DNA from: Terriglobia bacterium
GTDB lineage: Bacteria; Acidobacteriota; Terriglobia; Acidiferrales; UBA7541
Direction of reading: 5' to 3'
Length of the DNA stretch: 64,000 nucleotides
NCBI GenBank assembly: GCA_963695545.1
Contig: OY968796.1
Location: 3,488,001 to 3,552,000 of the forward strand
Part shown: piece by piece, positions 30,589 through 40,063 of the stretch
Numbering within the stretch: the first letter of the stretch is position 1
Layout of the letters: each line of letters starts with the position of its first letter
Translations under genes and position numbers: made by a program
The notes under the pieces: model-generated
What the model was told of the DNA's origin: nothing
The model's input: the letters and a program-made list of their open reading frames with translations, nothing else
The model's database searches: none

Positions 30589-32736
30589 ATGAATCCTACG
30601 CGATTCCGCGTTGAGCCCATGCGCGAGCTGGGCCGCTTCGTTCTGTGTCTGGGATTCCTGGCGCTCACGGCTTCCGCGCAGACGCAAACACAAACGACCA
30701 CCCATCACGCGCCGCGTGCCGCCGCGCCGGCTACAACCGCGCAAAACGCCGCGGCACCGCCAAGAATGAAGGGCGTTTGGCAACCCATGAACTATCCCGA
30801 CGACATTGACCTCGAGTCCGTCTATTTCGCTAATGACAACGTCGGGTGGATTGCGGGCAAAGGGTCGGGCGGATTCATCATGCACACTACCGACGGAGGC
30901 GCGCATTGGAATTTCCAAATGGGCGATCCGCACTCGAACGATCCTGAACTGGCCGACCTTCACTTCCTAGATGCAACACACGGATGGGCATATCAAGCGG
31001 GCGGCCAGCTCGTGCGCACAACCGACGGAAACACCTGGGAAGCAGTGGGCCCGTTTCCGGGTTTCCCCCAGGACTTTGAGTTCACCTCTCCTCAGGATGG
31101 GTTCGTGCTAAGCGGGGATTTCCGCGGTTCATCGATTTATTCCACGCACGACGGAGGGCGCACCTGGAAGAACATATTTTCGTGCTCGACGACCATTCAA
31201 GTAAATGGCCTCACCAGGAACACTACCTGCTATTTGGAGGATCTGGATTTCGTTTCGACCAGAGTTGCTTACGCCGTGGGGGGCGATTACGGCAATAGTT
31301 GGGCTGCGATCACTAAGACCACCGATGGCGGCAAAACGTGGAACGTCATTTTCGCCTCGACCCAAGTCGCCACCGCGACGTCAGTTTTCTTCACGGACGA
31401 GAACAATGGCGTGGTGCGCTTGCAAGACAACCGAGTTCTGATTACCGCCGATGGAGGCCAAAGCTGGCGTGGAGCGACGGGGAGCGTCAGGGGCGGCTTC
31501 AAGTTTGCCGATCCCGAGGTGGGATGGGCGTGTGTCCTGCAGTACGGCCCAAGTTGCAGCATTACCATGGACGGCGGCAAAAGCTGGACGACCCACGACT
31601 TCGATCTTCCGTCAGACTTCATGGGCTATAGCGTGCCTCGCCGCGATCGCGTCTACGCCGTCGGCGATCACGGGATGATTTATCGCTACGACGTCGTGCC
31701 AGTCACGTACACGGTCCAGGGAAATGTCGATTATTCCCCGGTGCCGTCCTACGGCGGACCGATCGTGGGTCAATTGCAGCAGATGCAAACTCAGATCACC
31801 ACGCTGCAGACGCAACTCGGCGGACCATCAGCAGCTGGTTCATCGGCGGCTGGCGGCTCCGCTGGCGGCGGATTCTCTCAAAGCGCTGCGCCTGCTCCAT
31901 CCGATGGCAACGCGCCCATAGCGAACCAGGCCGCCCCGCCGTCAGGAGGGTTGAGCCAAAGCGCGCCGGCCACAAGCGCTGGCGGCTTTTCCCAGGACAA
32001 CTCCGGCCAAGCAAGTGCGGCTGCTGCGCCAGCGAGCACCGATGCGTCCGCTTCGGGCGGCTTCTCCCAAGATTCATCCGGCACGGCGCCTGCGGGTCAA
32101 GACGCTTCCGCCTCGGGAGGATTTAGTCAGGATGCGTCCGCGACCGGCGCTGCTACCCAAGACCCCAACGCCACCGCGGCCAGCTTTTCTCAAACCGCGT
32201 CCGCCACGCCCGCCAGCTCGTTCACTCAAAGTTGCTGCGCCAGTTCAATTGCGAGCCTGCAAACAATATTTACGTCGGTCGTGACCATGATTCCGCAATT
32301 CAGCGCGGAGTTCAAAAACCTGAACAACGTATTCGCAGGATTGAACATGCTTGCCACGGTGATGTCCAGTGCAAGTCAGATCAAGAATGATTTCGTGGCG
32401 CTGAAGAAAGCGCCCAACGCGCAAGCGGCACTCGCCGCGCTCGCCAGCCTCTCGACGGCGCTGCAAAACTTGAGCCAGGGGATTTCAACACAATTTTCAA
32501 GTCTCAGCGCTGCGCCGGCGTCAGCAAGTTTGGGAGGCACGATTGGCAACCAGGCAATCGGGAACCAGGCGACGGGAGCATCTGCGACTACCGCGACCGG
32601 CGCCCAGGCTGCCAGCTCCGGCACATCCACAGGTCAGACTGCGGGTTCGACGGCGAATTCGACCACGAGTTCCACCGCGAACACCGCCAAAAGCAGTGCG
32701 ATCAACAAGCTTAAGAGCAAGATCCCGCCGTTCTAG
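30589..32736 (+). CDS. Secreted YCF48/BNR-repeat beta-propeller protein with GGFSQ-repeat linker and helical tail
   Basis: AAGGAG RBS; signal peptide; six T.DGG..W Asp-box repeats. Confidence 0.85.
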   Translation: MNPTRFRVEPMRELGRFVLCLGFLALTASAQTQTQTTTHHAPRAAAPATTAQNAAAPPRMKGVWQPMNYPDDIDLESVYFANDNVGWIAGKGSGGFIMHTTDGGAHWNFQMGDPHSNDPELADLHFLDATHGWAYQAGGQLVRTTDGNTWEAVGPFPGFPQDFEFTSPQDGFVLSGDFRGSSIYSTHDGGRTWKNIFSCSTTIQVNGLTRNTTCYLEDLDFVSTRVAYAVGGDYGNSWAAITKTTDGGKTWNVIFASTQVATATSVFFTDENNGVVRLQDNRVLITADGGQSWRGATGSVRGGFKFADPEVGWACVLQYGPSCSITMDGGKSWTTHDFDLPSDFMGYSVPRRDRVYAVGDHGMIYRYDVVPVTYTVQGNVDYSPVPSYGGPIVGQLQQMQTQITTLQTQLGGPSAAGSSAAGGSAGGGFSQSAAPAPSDGNAPIANQAAPPSGGLSQSAPATSAGGFSQDNSGQASAAAAPASTDASASGGFSQDSSGTAPAGQDASASGGFSQDASATGAATQDPNATAASFSQTASATPASSFTQSCCASSIASLQTIFTSVVTMIPQFSAEFKNLNNVFAGLNMLATVMSSASQIKNDFVALKKAPNAQAALAALASLSTALQNLSQGISTQFSSLSAAPASASLGGTIGNQAIGNQATGASATTATGAQAASSGTSTGQTAGSTANSTTSSTANTAKSSAINKLKSKIPPF

Positions 32737-33804
32737 ACGCCGCAGTGTGTGGCGGTGACGCGGATTCACTGTCGGGCGGGTCAAACCCGCCGAAAGCCGA
32801 AGGATGTCATGAACCGTTCCGGTTTAATCACAGTTTTTTTCGCGGTAATAGCCGCCGCGGTTGCCTTCGAGTCCGGCGTTGCGCCCGCTTCGGCGCGACA
32901 AACCACAACGACGCATAAAGCAACGACGGCCGCTGCTCCGAAAGCGACGACAGCTGTGGCCGCTGCGGCGCCGGCCAATCCTTGCTGCTCGATCACCGCG
33001 ATCAATGCGTCGACAGGAATCGTTACGGCTCGCGTGACTGCAACGGGCCAGACATTCACGTTTGCAGCAGGCGGCAGCGCGCTGAGCTCACTGAGAGTGG
33101 GCCAGGGCATCTATGCGAATTTGAGCGCCAAGCAGGTCTCGCTCGACGGCAAAACTTCCTGCTGCGCCATCCTGAGCACAGCGGTCGCGGCGCAAGCAGC
33201 CACCTCCGCGCTCACCGGCTCCGCGCCGGCATCAACTGGTCCATGCTGTTCTGTCACCGCGGTAAACGCCCAATCCAACCTGGCCACGGCGGAGTCTGTC
33301 ACGGGAACATATTTCGTTTTCTCATTGAACCGGATCCTGGGCATTACCCCGACGGTGTCCGTGGGCCAAAAAGTGTATGCGAACTTCTCAACCAAAGCGG
33401 TGTCGCTGGATGGATCCCAGCAATCGGGCACCATCAAGTACCTTTGCACCGCGACCCCGAATGTACCGTGTCCCGGTCATGCCGCCACCTGCGAACCGTG
33501 TCCCGTAGGTGCCGCCAACTGCGAGACGCAAACTTATACCGCGGGCATCGGGTGTCCCACCGTAACGATCCAAACGCTAATTACATCGTGCGCGCCTAAC
33601 TACTATGGACCGACCTGCAGCGTATACGCCGATGCTGCGAGCACGTGCAGCGGCCACGGGACGGTGAGCTCTTCTGGTGCTTGCGTGTGCGACCCGGGGT
33701 ACCGCGAACCGAATTGCGCCACGCAGAATTGAGGATCGCCGGCCCGCGATTATTGCAGTGATTCCTTTGTCGGGGAGTGAAAACCGTTCTGAAAAGACCG
33801 CGGC
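32717..33804 (+). repeat. Tandem duplication unit 1
   Basis: Homologous to 33965-35127 (offset 1248 at the 5' end), starting with GCAAGATCCCGCCGTTCTAG. Confidence 0.9.
32809..33732 (+). CDS. Secreted Cys-rich protein: two CC domains plus EGF-like tail (paralog 1)
   Basis: Signal peptide; PCCSITAIN...QVSLDG repeated twice; CSGHG...CVCDPGY...C. Confidence 0.88.
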   Translation: MNRSGLITVFFAVIAAAVAFESGVAPASARQTTTTHKATTAAAPKATTAVAAAAPANPCCSITAINASTGIVTARVTATGQTFTFAAGGSALSSLRVGQGIYANLSAKQVSLDGKTSCCAILSTAVAAQAATSALTGSAPASTGPCCSVTAVNAQSNLATAESVTGTYFVFSLNRILGITPTVSVGQKVYANFSTKAVSLDGSQQSGTIKYLCTATPNVPCPGHAATCEPCPVGAANCETQTYTAGIGCPTVTIQTLITSCAPNYYGPTCSVYADAASTCSGHGTVSSSGACVCDPGYREPNCATQN

Positions 33805-33964
33805 ACTTCGTAAATCCTGAGTGGTTCTTCGGCTCGCGCGTGTCGTTTGCCTGCGCGCCGGCGACCGACGGGGCGGCTCTTCAGGACGTTGATTTTGCGA
33901 CGAACGACGCGGCCCTCAAGGCTGTGGGGATCGCCCGCGGCGCCTATGCAATCTTCGAGCCGGG

Positions 33965-35127
33965 GCAAGATCCCGCCGTTCTAGGCGCTGCAGCGTGTGG
34001 CAGGGACGCGGAATCACGGTCGGGCGAATCAAGGCCATCGAAAGCGGAGGGATATAATGAAGCGTTCCGGTCTAATCGCAGTTTTCTTGGCGGTAATCGC
34101 CGCCGCGGTTGCCTTCGAGTCCGGCGTTGCGCCGGCCTCGGCGCGACAAACCACAACGACGCATCGAGCAACGACGACCGGTGCTCCGAAAGCGACGACT
34201 GCTGTGGCGGCCGCAGCCCGGGCAAGTGCCTGCTGCACAGTCACCGCCATCAATGCGTCGACAGGAATCGTTACGGCTCGCGTGACCGCCACAGGCCAGA
34301 CATTTACGTTCGCGGCAAGCGGCAGCGTGCTGAATTCACTGAGAGTGGGCCAGGGCGTCTACGCGAATTTGACCGCCAAACAGGTCTCGCTCGACGGCAA
34401 AACTTCCTGCTGCGCCATCCTGAGTACAGCGGTCGCGGCGCAAGCAGCCACCTCCGCGCTCAGCGGCGCAGCGCCGGCATCAACTGGCCCGTGCTGTTCC
34501 ATCACCGCGGTAAATGCCCAGTCCAACCTGATCACCGGCGAATCTGCCACGGGAATATATTTCGTTTTCTCATTGACCTCGATCATGGCCATTCCCCCAG
34601 GCGTGTCGGTGGGCCGGAAAGTGTACGCGAACTTCTCAACCAAAGCGGTGTCGCTGGACGGCTCCCTGGCCGCGGGCACCATCAAGTACCTTTGCACCGT
34701 GCCTGCGAATCAGAATCAACCGTGTCCCGTAGGCGCCGCCACCTGCGAGATGCAACCTGAGACCGCGGGCGTCGGCTGTCCTCCCGTAATGGTCCAAACA
34801 TCCACTCCGGCGTCGTGCAAGACCGGCTACCATGGCCCCACCTGTGCTCTTTCCGCCGCATGCCCGCCCGGGAATGGCGTTTCCAGCGGCGGGATAGGCG
34901 GCACTGCCATCTGCACATGCAACGAAGGGTTCGCTGGAGCATCCTGCCAATATAGCAACGCCAGCACGTGCAGCGGCCACGGGACGGCGAACGATTCTGG
35001 TACTTGCACGTGCAACGCCGGCTACAGCGGAGCGAATTGCGCCGCGCAGAATTGAGGATCGAGGGCCGAAGATCGTTGCATTGATTCCTTTGTCGGGGAG
35101 TGAAAACCGTCCTGAAAGCGCCGCGGC
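33965..35127 (+). repeat. Tandem duplication unit 2
   Basis: Homologous to 32717-33804, including flanking non-coding DNA. Confidence 0.9.
34057..35055 (+). CDS. Secreted Cys-rich protein: two CC domains plus two EGF-like repeats (paralog 2)
   Basis: GGAGG RBS; N-terminus nearly identical to paralog 1; CTCNEGFAGASC and CSGHG...CTCNAGYSGANC. Confidence 0.88.
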   Translation: MKRSGLIAVFLAVIAAAVAFESGVAPASARQTTTTHRATTTGAPKATTAVAAAARASACCTVTAINASTGIVTARVTATGQTFTFAASGSVLNSLRVGQGVYANLTAKQVSLDGKTSCCAILSTAVAAQAATSALSGAAPASTGPCCSITAVNAQSNLITGESATGIYFVFSLTSIMAIPPGVSVGRKVYANFSTKAVSLDGSLAAGTIKYLCTVPANQNQPCPVGAATCEMQPETAGVGCPPVMVQTSTPASCKTGYHGPTCALSAACPPGNGVSSGGIGGTAICTCNEGFAGASCQYSNASTCSGHGTANDSGTCTCNAGYSGANCAAQN

Positions 35128-35151
35128 GAGGCTCGCGAAAGTGAGGCAACC

Positions 35152-37986
35152 ATGAAGCGAATCGCATTGCTGCTCTTATGCTGCGCGGCGTTCGCGACAA
35201 GCGCGCACGCGCAAGCGCCATGCTGCACGGTAACGGCAATTAATTCCTCGACGGGCATCGTCACCGCCAAAGTCAACGCGAGCGGCGCGGCGTTCCAATT
35301 CAAGCTGCCGAACACAAGTTACCTGTCGTCGCTGCGCGTCGGCCAAGGCGTGTACGCGAATTTCACTTCGCGACAAGTCTCGCTCAACGGAAGCGCGGTA
35401 TGTTGCTCGATCACTAGCGGGCCCACAGCTCCCGCCGCCGCTGCTGCCGCCGCGCCAGCGACGGCGCCGAAGCCGGCCGTCGCACCACCCGTCGCGAGCG
35501 CTCCCGCTGTAAAGCCTGCCTCGGCGGCGCCGGCCGGCGCTTGTTGCGTAGTCGCATCTATCAATGCCGCCGCCGGTCAGGGCACCGGCCGCGTGACCGC
35601 CACAAACCAGGTCTTCACGTTCACCGCGAGTGCCAGCGCGCTCGGTTCGCTGCAAGTCGGGCAAGCCATCTTCGCTAATTTCACCAGCAAGCAAGTCTCG
35701 TTCGACGGCAAGAGCGCCGGCGGCGCCATCACCAGCGGCCCACAGGCCGCGTCGGCGGCACCGGCAATAGCGCCCGCCGCAAAACCAGTTACCGCGCCGT
35801 CCGCCGCTGCGCCCACGGCTGCCACGCCTGCTCCCAGCGCGGCATCCGCGCCTGCTGCCTCAACGGCCGCTCCACCCGCCGCGAGTTCCGCCGCTTCACA
35901 GTCCACGGCGGTTCCTCCGTCCGCCGCTGCGCTCGCGCCGACCGCATCCGCCGCGACGCCCAGCTCAAAATCCATGTCGTCTGCCAGCGCCATTGCCGTG
36001 AAGGCGCCGGCCTCATCCGCATCGCTGATGACGCCCGAAGCCGTGGCTCTGGCCTGTATGGCGGCGGGCGCTATCACGGGCGCGCAATCCAAACCGGCTT
36101 CCACCTCCACTATTGCTGCATCGAAGAGTAGTTCAACATCGAGCAGCAAGTCGGCGTCGCAAACCACCTCCGCGCAATCTTGCCGTCCCTCGCTCACATA
36201 CGGAACTCCCCAGCCGATACCCACTTTATCCGCCCCCGCGGCGCTAGTTCTCCTGCGCCCTCAGCCCACCGTAAGGTGGGAAGCGCGCTCACTAACCGCC
36301 GTGGTGGCTGGCAAATCCACATCGGCCAACATCATTCACGTTCACGGCCTCGATGGCATTCAGCAGGCCCAGGGCCTGCCCGATGCCGCCCGGGATTTCC
36401 TGATCTTGCACGTCAAGCAGCTCCCCGCGGGGTCAGCCGACGGTTACATCATCAATCTCGATCTCGCAAACGAGTGGGCCAAGACGCATCCCGCGCCTCC
36501 CTCCGCGACGCCCACCGCGCCCAAGAGCGACGGCACCGCCGGATGCGACAGCTTTTCCTGGCACTGCGCGCAGCAGGCCGGACAGCACGCCATCGATCAA
36601 GCTTCCCAGCAAGCCGATCAGCTCCGCGAGCAGGCCGAAAAAGATTGGGGCACCGCGACCGGCGATGCCACCAAACTTTGGAATGAAACCGGAGCTTGTT
36701 TCAACGAACAGCCACTCAATGCATCCGGCGCCACTGGCCAGCTCAACGCCAAGCCCAGCATCGGCTACACGCTCACGGAATCCGGCAAGACCTCATCCGG
36801 CGGCGTCTCCGTCTCCGGAACGGCCACCGGAAAAATCAATCTCGCGCTTCCCTTCGGCGGTGATTTCCAGGCCACCGCCTCCGCGACATTCATCCCCTGC
36901 CTGCCTTTCATGATCCGGCCCACCGGCTTCTCCGGAGGTGGGGATTTCACCATCGGAAGCACGCTGACCGCCTCGCTCAACGCCAGCGGCAAATTTGAAT
37001 ACAAACTCCAGATTCCCGATCCTTCCACCGGCGTTGCGCCGAAGATTCCGCTCGAGGTCATTCCCATCGTGATCTTCGGCGTTCCGATCTGTGAAATGGA
37101 CGTCAGCGCCTACTTCGAGGGCGATTTGGATATCACCGCCACGGGCAAATTGACCGCCAACTTTGAATTGGATAATCCGCACGAGATCACATTCAACTTC
37201 GCATGCTCGGAATCGAGTTGTTCGGGATCCACCGCCACCAAAAAGCTACCCACCACCGCCGCCGAAAATGCCCAACTCAGCGGACAAATCGCCGTCACTC
37301 CCGCCGTCTACACCGCGATTCAGTTGGATTTCGATGTTGACCTTGTCTCCGTTCGCTCGGGTCCCGAGCCCACGCTTTATGGCGTCCTTTCCGGCTGCAT
37401 CGCCGGAACTGCCACGCAAACCGTCGGCGGAGGGCCATCCTCCTCCGAATCGTGGCACCTTCTGACCGGCGACGTGGATTGGGGCGTGCAAGAGCGCTCG
37501 GATCTCCTGATATTTGGCACGCAGGTCGGCAACTCGTGGATGTTTCCCACGATTCTTGGCAGGACCCATCTTTGGTACGACGATCTGTACCCCGGCGGTT
37601 CAACCGCGCTTGACCCGATCGTCGCCGGCCCATCGCAAGCCGCAAGCGGGACCACTGCGGCGTACAAAGTTTCGATGCCCGGATGCTATCCGTACACCGA
37701 CAAGATCACTTACAAAGTAGCGTGGACCGGCAGCGCCAAGGGCACTAACGCCAGCACGCCCGGTGACTGCCTGCTCGGCGACGGCGGCGCGCAGTGCGTG
37801 TCCGCTCCCGCCACGCCCTTCGGCGTTGATTTCGTCTGGCCCGCGGCCGGCAGCGATTCGCTCACCGCGGTTCCCGTCTCGGACACTCATGGCCGCGTCT
37901 TTAAGTCAGCGCAGCCCACGCAGGTAAACGTCGCCGTGTCGGGTCCAACTCTGTCTCCGCCCGCCGACACCGCGATCAAGCCGTGA
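35152..37986 (+). CDS. Large secreted protein: two CC domains, Ala/Pro/Ser linker, beta-rich C-terminal region
   Basis: Signal peptide ending AHA; PCCTVTAINSSTGIVTA...LRVGQGVYANF and ACCVVASINA...LQVGQAIFANF. Confidence 0.88.
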   Translation: MKRIALLLLCCAAFATSAHAQAPCCTVTAINSSTGIVTAKVNASGAAFQFKLPNTSYLSSLRVGQGVYANFTSRQVSLNGSAVCCSITSGPTAPAAAAAAAPATAPKPAVAPPVASAPAVKPASAAPAGACCVVASINAAAGQGTGRVTATNQVFTFTASASALGSLQVGQAIFANFTSKQVSFDGKSAGGAITSGPQAASAAPAIAPAAKPVTAPSAAAPTAATPAPSAASAPAASTAAPPAASSAASQSTAVPPSAAALAPTASAATPSSKSMSSASAIAVKAPASSASLMTPEAVALACMAAGAITGAQSKPASTSTIAASKSSSTSSSKSASQTTSAQSCRPSLTYGTPQPIPTLSAPAALVLLRPQPTVRWEARSLTAVVAGKSTSANIIHVHGLDGIQQAQGLPDAARDFLILHVKQLPAGSADGYIINLDLANEWAKTHPAPPSATPTAPKSDGTAGCDSFSWHCAQQAGQHAIDQASQQADQLREQAEKDWGTATGDATKLWNETGACFNEQPLNASGATGQLNAKPSIGYTLTESGKTSSGGVSVSGTATGKINLALPFGGDFQATASATFIPCLPFMIRPTGFSGGGDFTIGSTLTASLNASGKFEYKLQIPDPSTGVAPKIPLEVIPIVIFGVPICEMDVSAYFEGDLDITATGKLTANFELDNPHEITFNFACSESSCSGSTATKKLPTTAAENAQLSGQIAVTPAVYTAIQLDFDVDLVSVRSGPEPTLYGVLSGCIAGTATQTVGGGPSSSESWHLLTGDVDWGVQERSDLLIFGTQVGNSWMFPTILGRTHLWYDDLYPGGSTALDPIVAGPSQAASGTTAAYKVSMPGCYPYTDKITYKVAWTGSAKGTNASTPGDCLLGDGGAQCVSAPATPFGVDFVWPAAGSDSLTAVPVSDTHGRVFKSAQPTQVNVAVSGPTLSPPADTAIKP

Positions 37987-37995
37987 TCGCGGCGC

Positions 37996-39846
37996 TCACT
38001 CGCCACCCGGCCGCGTTGCGGTCGTCTGCGCCATGCACGCCGGATCCGTAGTCTTCGTGACGATCGCCGACGGCGCATCGTTTTCGGTTTGCGCCGGCGG
38101 AGTCTCGCCGCTTTGGATATATTTCCCCGCGATCTCCGTGCCGTCCGCCGACAAAGCCCCCACAAATTTCCGCGGCGGCGCGCCCCCGATGAAACCCCCG
38201 TAGCCCGCTTGGTCGAGCGTCACCGTCTCGCCGTCAACGGTGATTGCCCAGCGATCTCCTGAATCGTCGACGAGCCATTCCGTTCCCGAATACGGCGCCC
38301 CGTCGTACGGCCGCGCCGAACTATTCTTCAGCCAGGCCATAAATGTGCCATCCGCCGCTCGATCGATACTCATGCAGCTCGCCATCATCACCGAGCCTCC
38401 AAGCTGCGATTGCGGCAGCAGCCACGTTCCCACCAGCGGACTCTGATTCTCCGTAACCGAAGCACCCGGCCGCGCGAGCTGCACCTGTTTTGTCACGCCA
38501 TCGCGCGTGTACGCGCCCGTCCACACTTGCTGCGCCTGGTCAAATTTCAGATCCAATGCGAAATCCGGATGCGCGAAGTCGTCGCTCGCGCGATTGCTTT
38601 TAAATAACGCCTGCAACCTTTGCCCGTCCCACGACGCCGACATCGTGGCCGACGCATTTGTGATGTTTAGTCCCGCCGAAAACCACATGCGCTGTTCTTT
38701 CCCGTTCACCCTTTGATAGAACTCAAATTCAAGCGGTGACGTGAACGTCGCGGAAACGTCGCTCGCCACCGCGCCTTGATTCACCGTCACTTCGCGCCCG
38801 TCGCGCACGTGCAGGAATATTCCCACCTCCGCGCCCGAGCCCAGCGCCGGATCCGCGAATTCCCATGGTCCGCCCAGCGCCCACGCCCGCGGCCCTCCTG
38901 GCGCGATCGGAATCTCCGCGGCCTTGGCTCGCGCCTCGGCCGCGGCCCGCTCCGCATCCATATCGTGCACCGTGTAACCTGCGGGCGCCTCGAACAAACT
39001 CGCATCCGGCTCGCCACGCACAATGTGATCGAGTTGCTCCTGCGACGTGCCTCCGTCGGGTTCGATGCGCGTCCGCAGCAGCGTCACGCGCAGTTCCGGC
39101 GAGCTCCACGTCTCATCGACCATCACCGTCACGCCGTTTCCGCCGGAAGATTCGCCCGCCGGTCGCATCGACGTCAGCCGGCAACCGCGCACCGCAATTC
39201 CCTGCATGGTGCGCTCGCCGAGATCTTGCTCCACGCTGTTTTGCGCCATTCTCCCGCGCGCCACCAGCTGCTCCTCGCGCTCACACGCATCCAGCGGCAT
39301 CGCGCCTATCTGCTCCGGCCGCAAATTCATCTTCATCACCATCTTCGCTTGATCGTTCCAATTCAATCTCACTTGCGCCACGGGATCGGTCACGCTCCCG
39401 CCCGCCGGAATAAATGTCCTGCCGCGATCCTGCCCCGGCAACGGCACCACCGGCGATCCCTCATTTCCTCGATAGACGCGCCCCTGCGAATCCCGCGCCA
39501 CAATCCCGTGATACTCATAAACGCGTTGCGTCCCGTCCGGCATGGTCTGAATCCTTCGCGTGTTGAACTCCGCGCGAAACGGTTCTCCGGTCACAATCGG
39601 AAACGCGTTCACCGGGTCCCCGCCCGTCTCGCCCGGAATCGCCCCCGGCGCCCACTCGCTCGAAAGCGGAGGCATCGCCTGCGCCGGTGTTTGCGCCGAC
39701 CCCTGCGGCGAATTCTGTCCCGCACTTTGCGCCGCGTTGTCCCCCGTGCTCTGCGCCGGAGCCTGCGCCGACCCCGCGCCCGTCGCCACGATCGCGCAAA
39801 CCACTCCGGCCAGCGCCATACTCAGGAATTGTTTTGCCGCCATCAT
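37996..39846 (-). CDS. Secreted hypothetical protein; N-terminal domain homologous to 17102-18157
   Basis: GGAGGTG RBS; signal peptide; RDSQGRVYR, ETWSSPEL and EPDASLF motifs. Confidence 0.85.
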   Translation of the reverse strand: MMAAKQFLSMALAGVVCAIVATGAGSAQAPAQSTGDNAAQSAGQNSPQGSAQTPAQAMPPLSSEWAPGAIPGETGGDPVNAFPIVTGEPFRAEFNTRRIQTMPDGTQRVYEYHGIVARDSQGRVYRGNEGSPVVPLPGQDRGRTFIPAGGSVTDPVAQVRLNWNDQAKMVMKMNLRPEQIGAMPLDACEREEQLVARGRMAQNSVEQDLGERTMQGIAVRGCRLTSMRPAGESSGGNGVTVMVDETWSSPELRVTLLRTRIEPDGGTSQEQLDHIVRGEPDASLFEAPAGYTVHDMDAERAAAEARAKAAEIPIAPGGPRAWALGGPWEFADPALGSGAEVGIFLHVRDGREVTVNQGAVASDVSATFTSPLEFEFYQRVNGKEQRMWFSAGLNITNASATMSASWDGQRLQALFKSNRASDDFAHPDFALDLKFDQAQQVWTGAYTRDGVTKQVQLARPGASVTENQSPLVGTWLLPQSQLGGSVMMASCMSIDRAADGTFMAWLKNSSARPYDGAPYSGTEWLVDDSGDRWAITVDGETVTLDQAGYGGFIGGAPPRKFVGALSADGTEIAGKYIQSGETPPAQTENDAPSAIVTKTTDPACMAQTTATRPGGE

Positions 39847-40063
39847 TCGCGCACCTCCGTTCCACCGCTCCCATACCCAGTACCACAGAAGCCATTTTCT
39901 CCCGCAGGGTTGTTTCTCATCTCCGCCTCGCCGCCGAAAACCGGCCACGGACGGAACGCTTTCCGAACGTTTGTCTGCCGTGCCGCAGCCTGTTCGCGAA
40001 AACACCGCCGTTCCGCGTTACCATAGCCTTTGTTCTCACACTCCCCTGCCGGAGAGCCTTCCA

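Noticed and set aside
32770..32808. c-di-GMP-I riboswitch suggested by TCAAACCCGCCGAAAG
   Set aside because: The GAAA loop lacks a closing stem, there is no second hairpin, and the motif is not kept in the duplicate copy
32809..35055. Diversity-generating retroelement behind the paralog variation
   Set aside because: No reverse transcriptase in the window; differences include indels and are not adenine-specific
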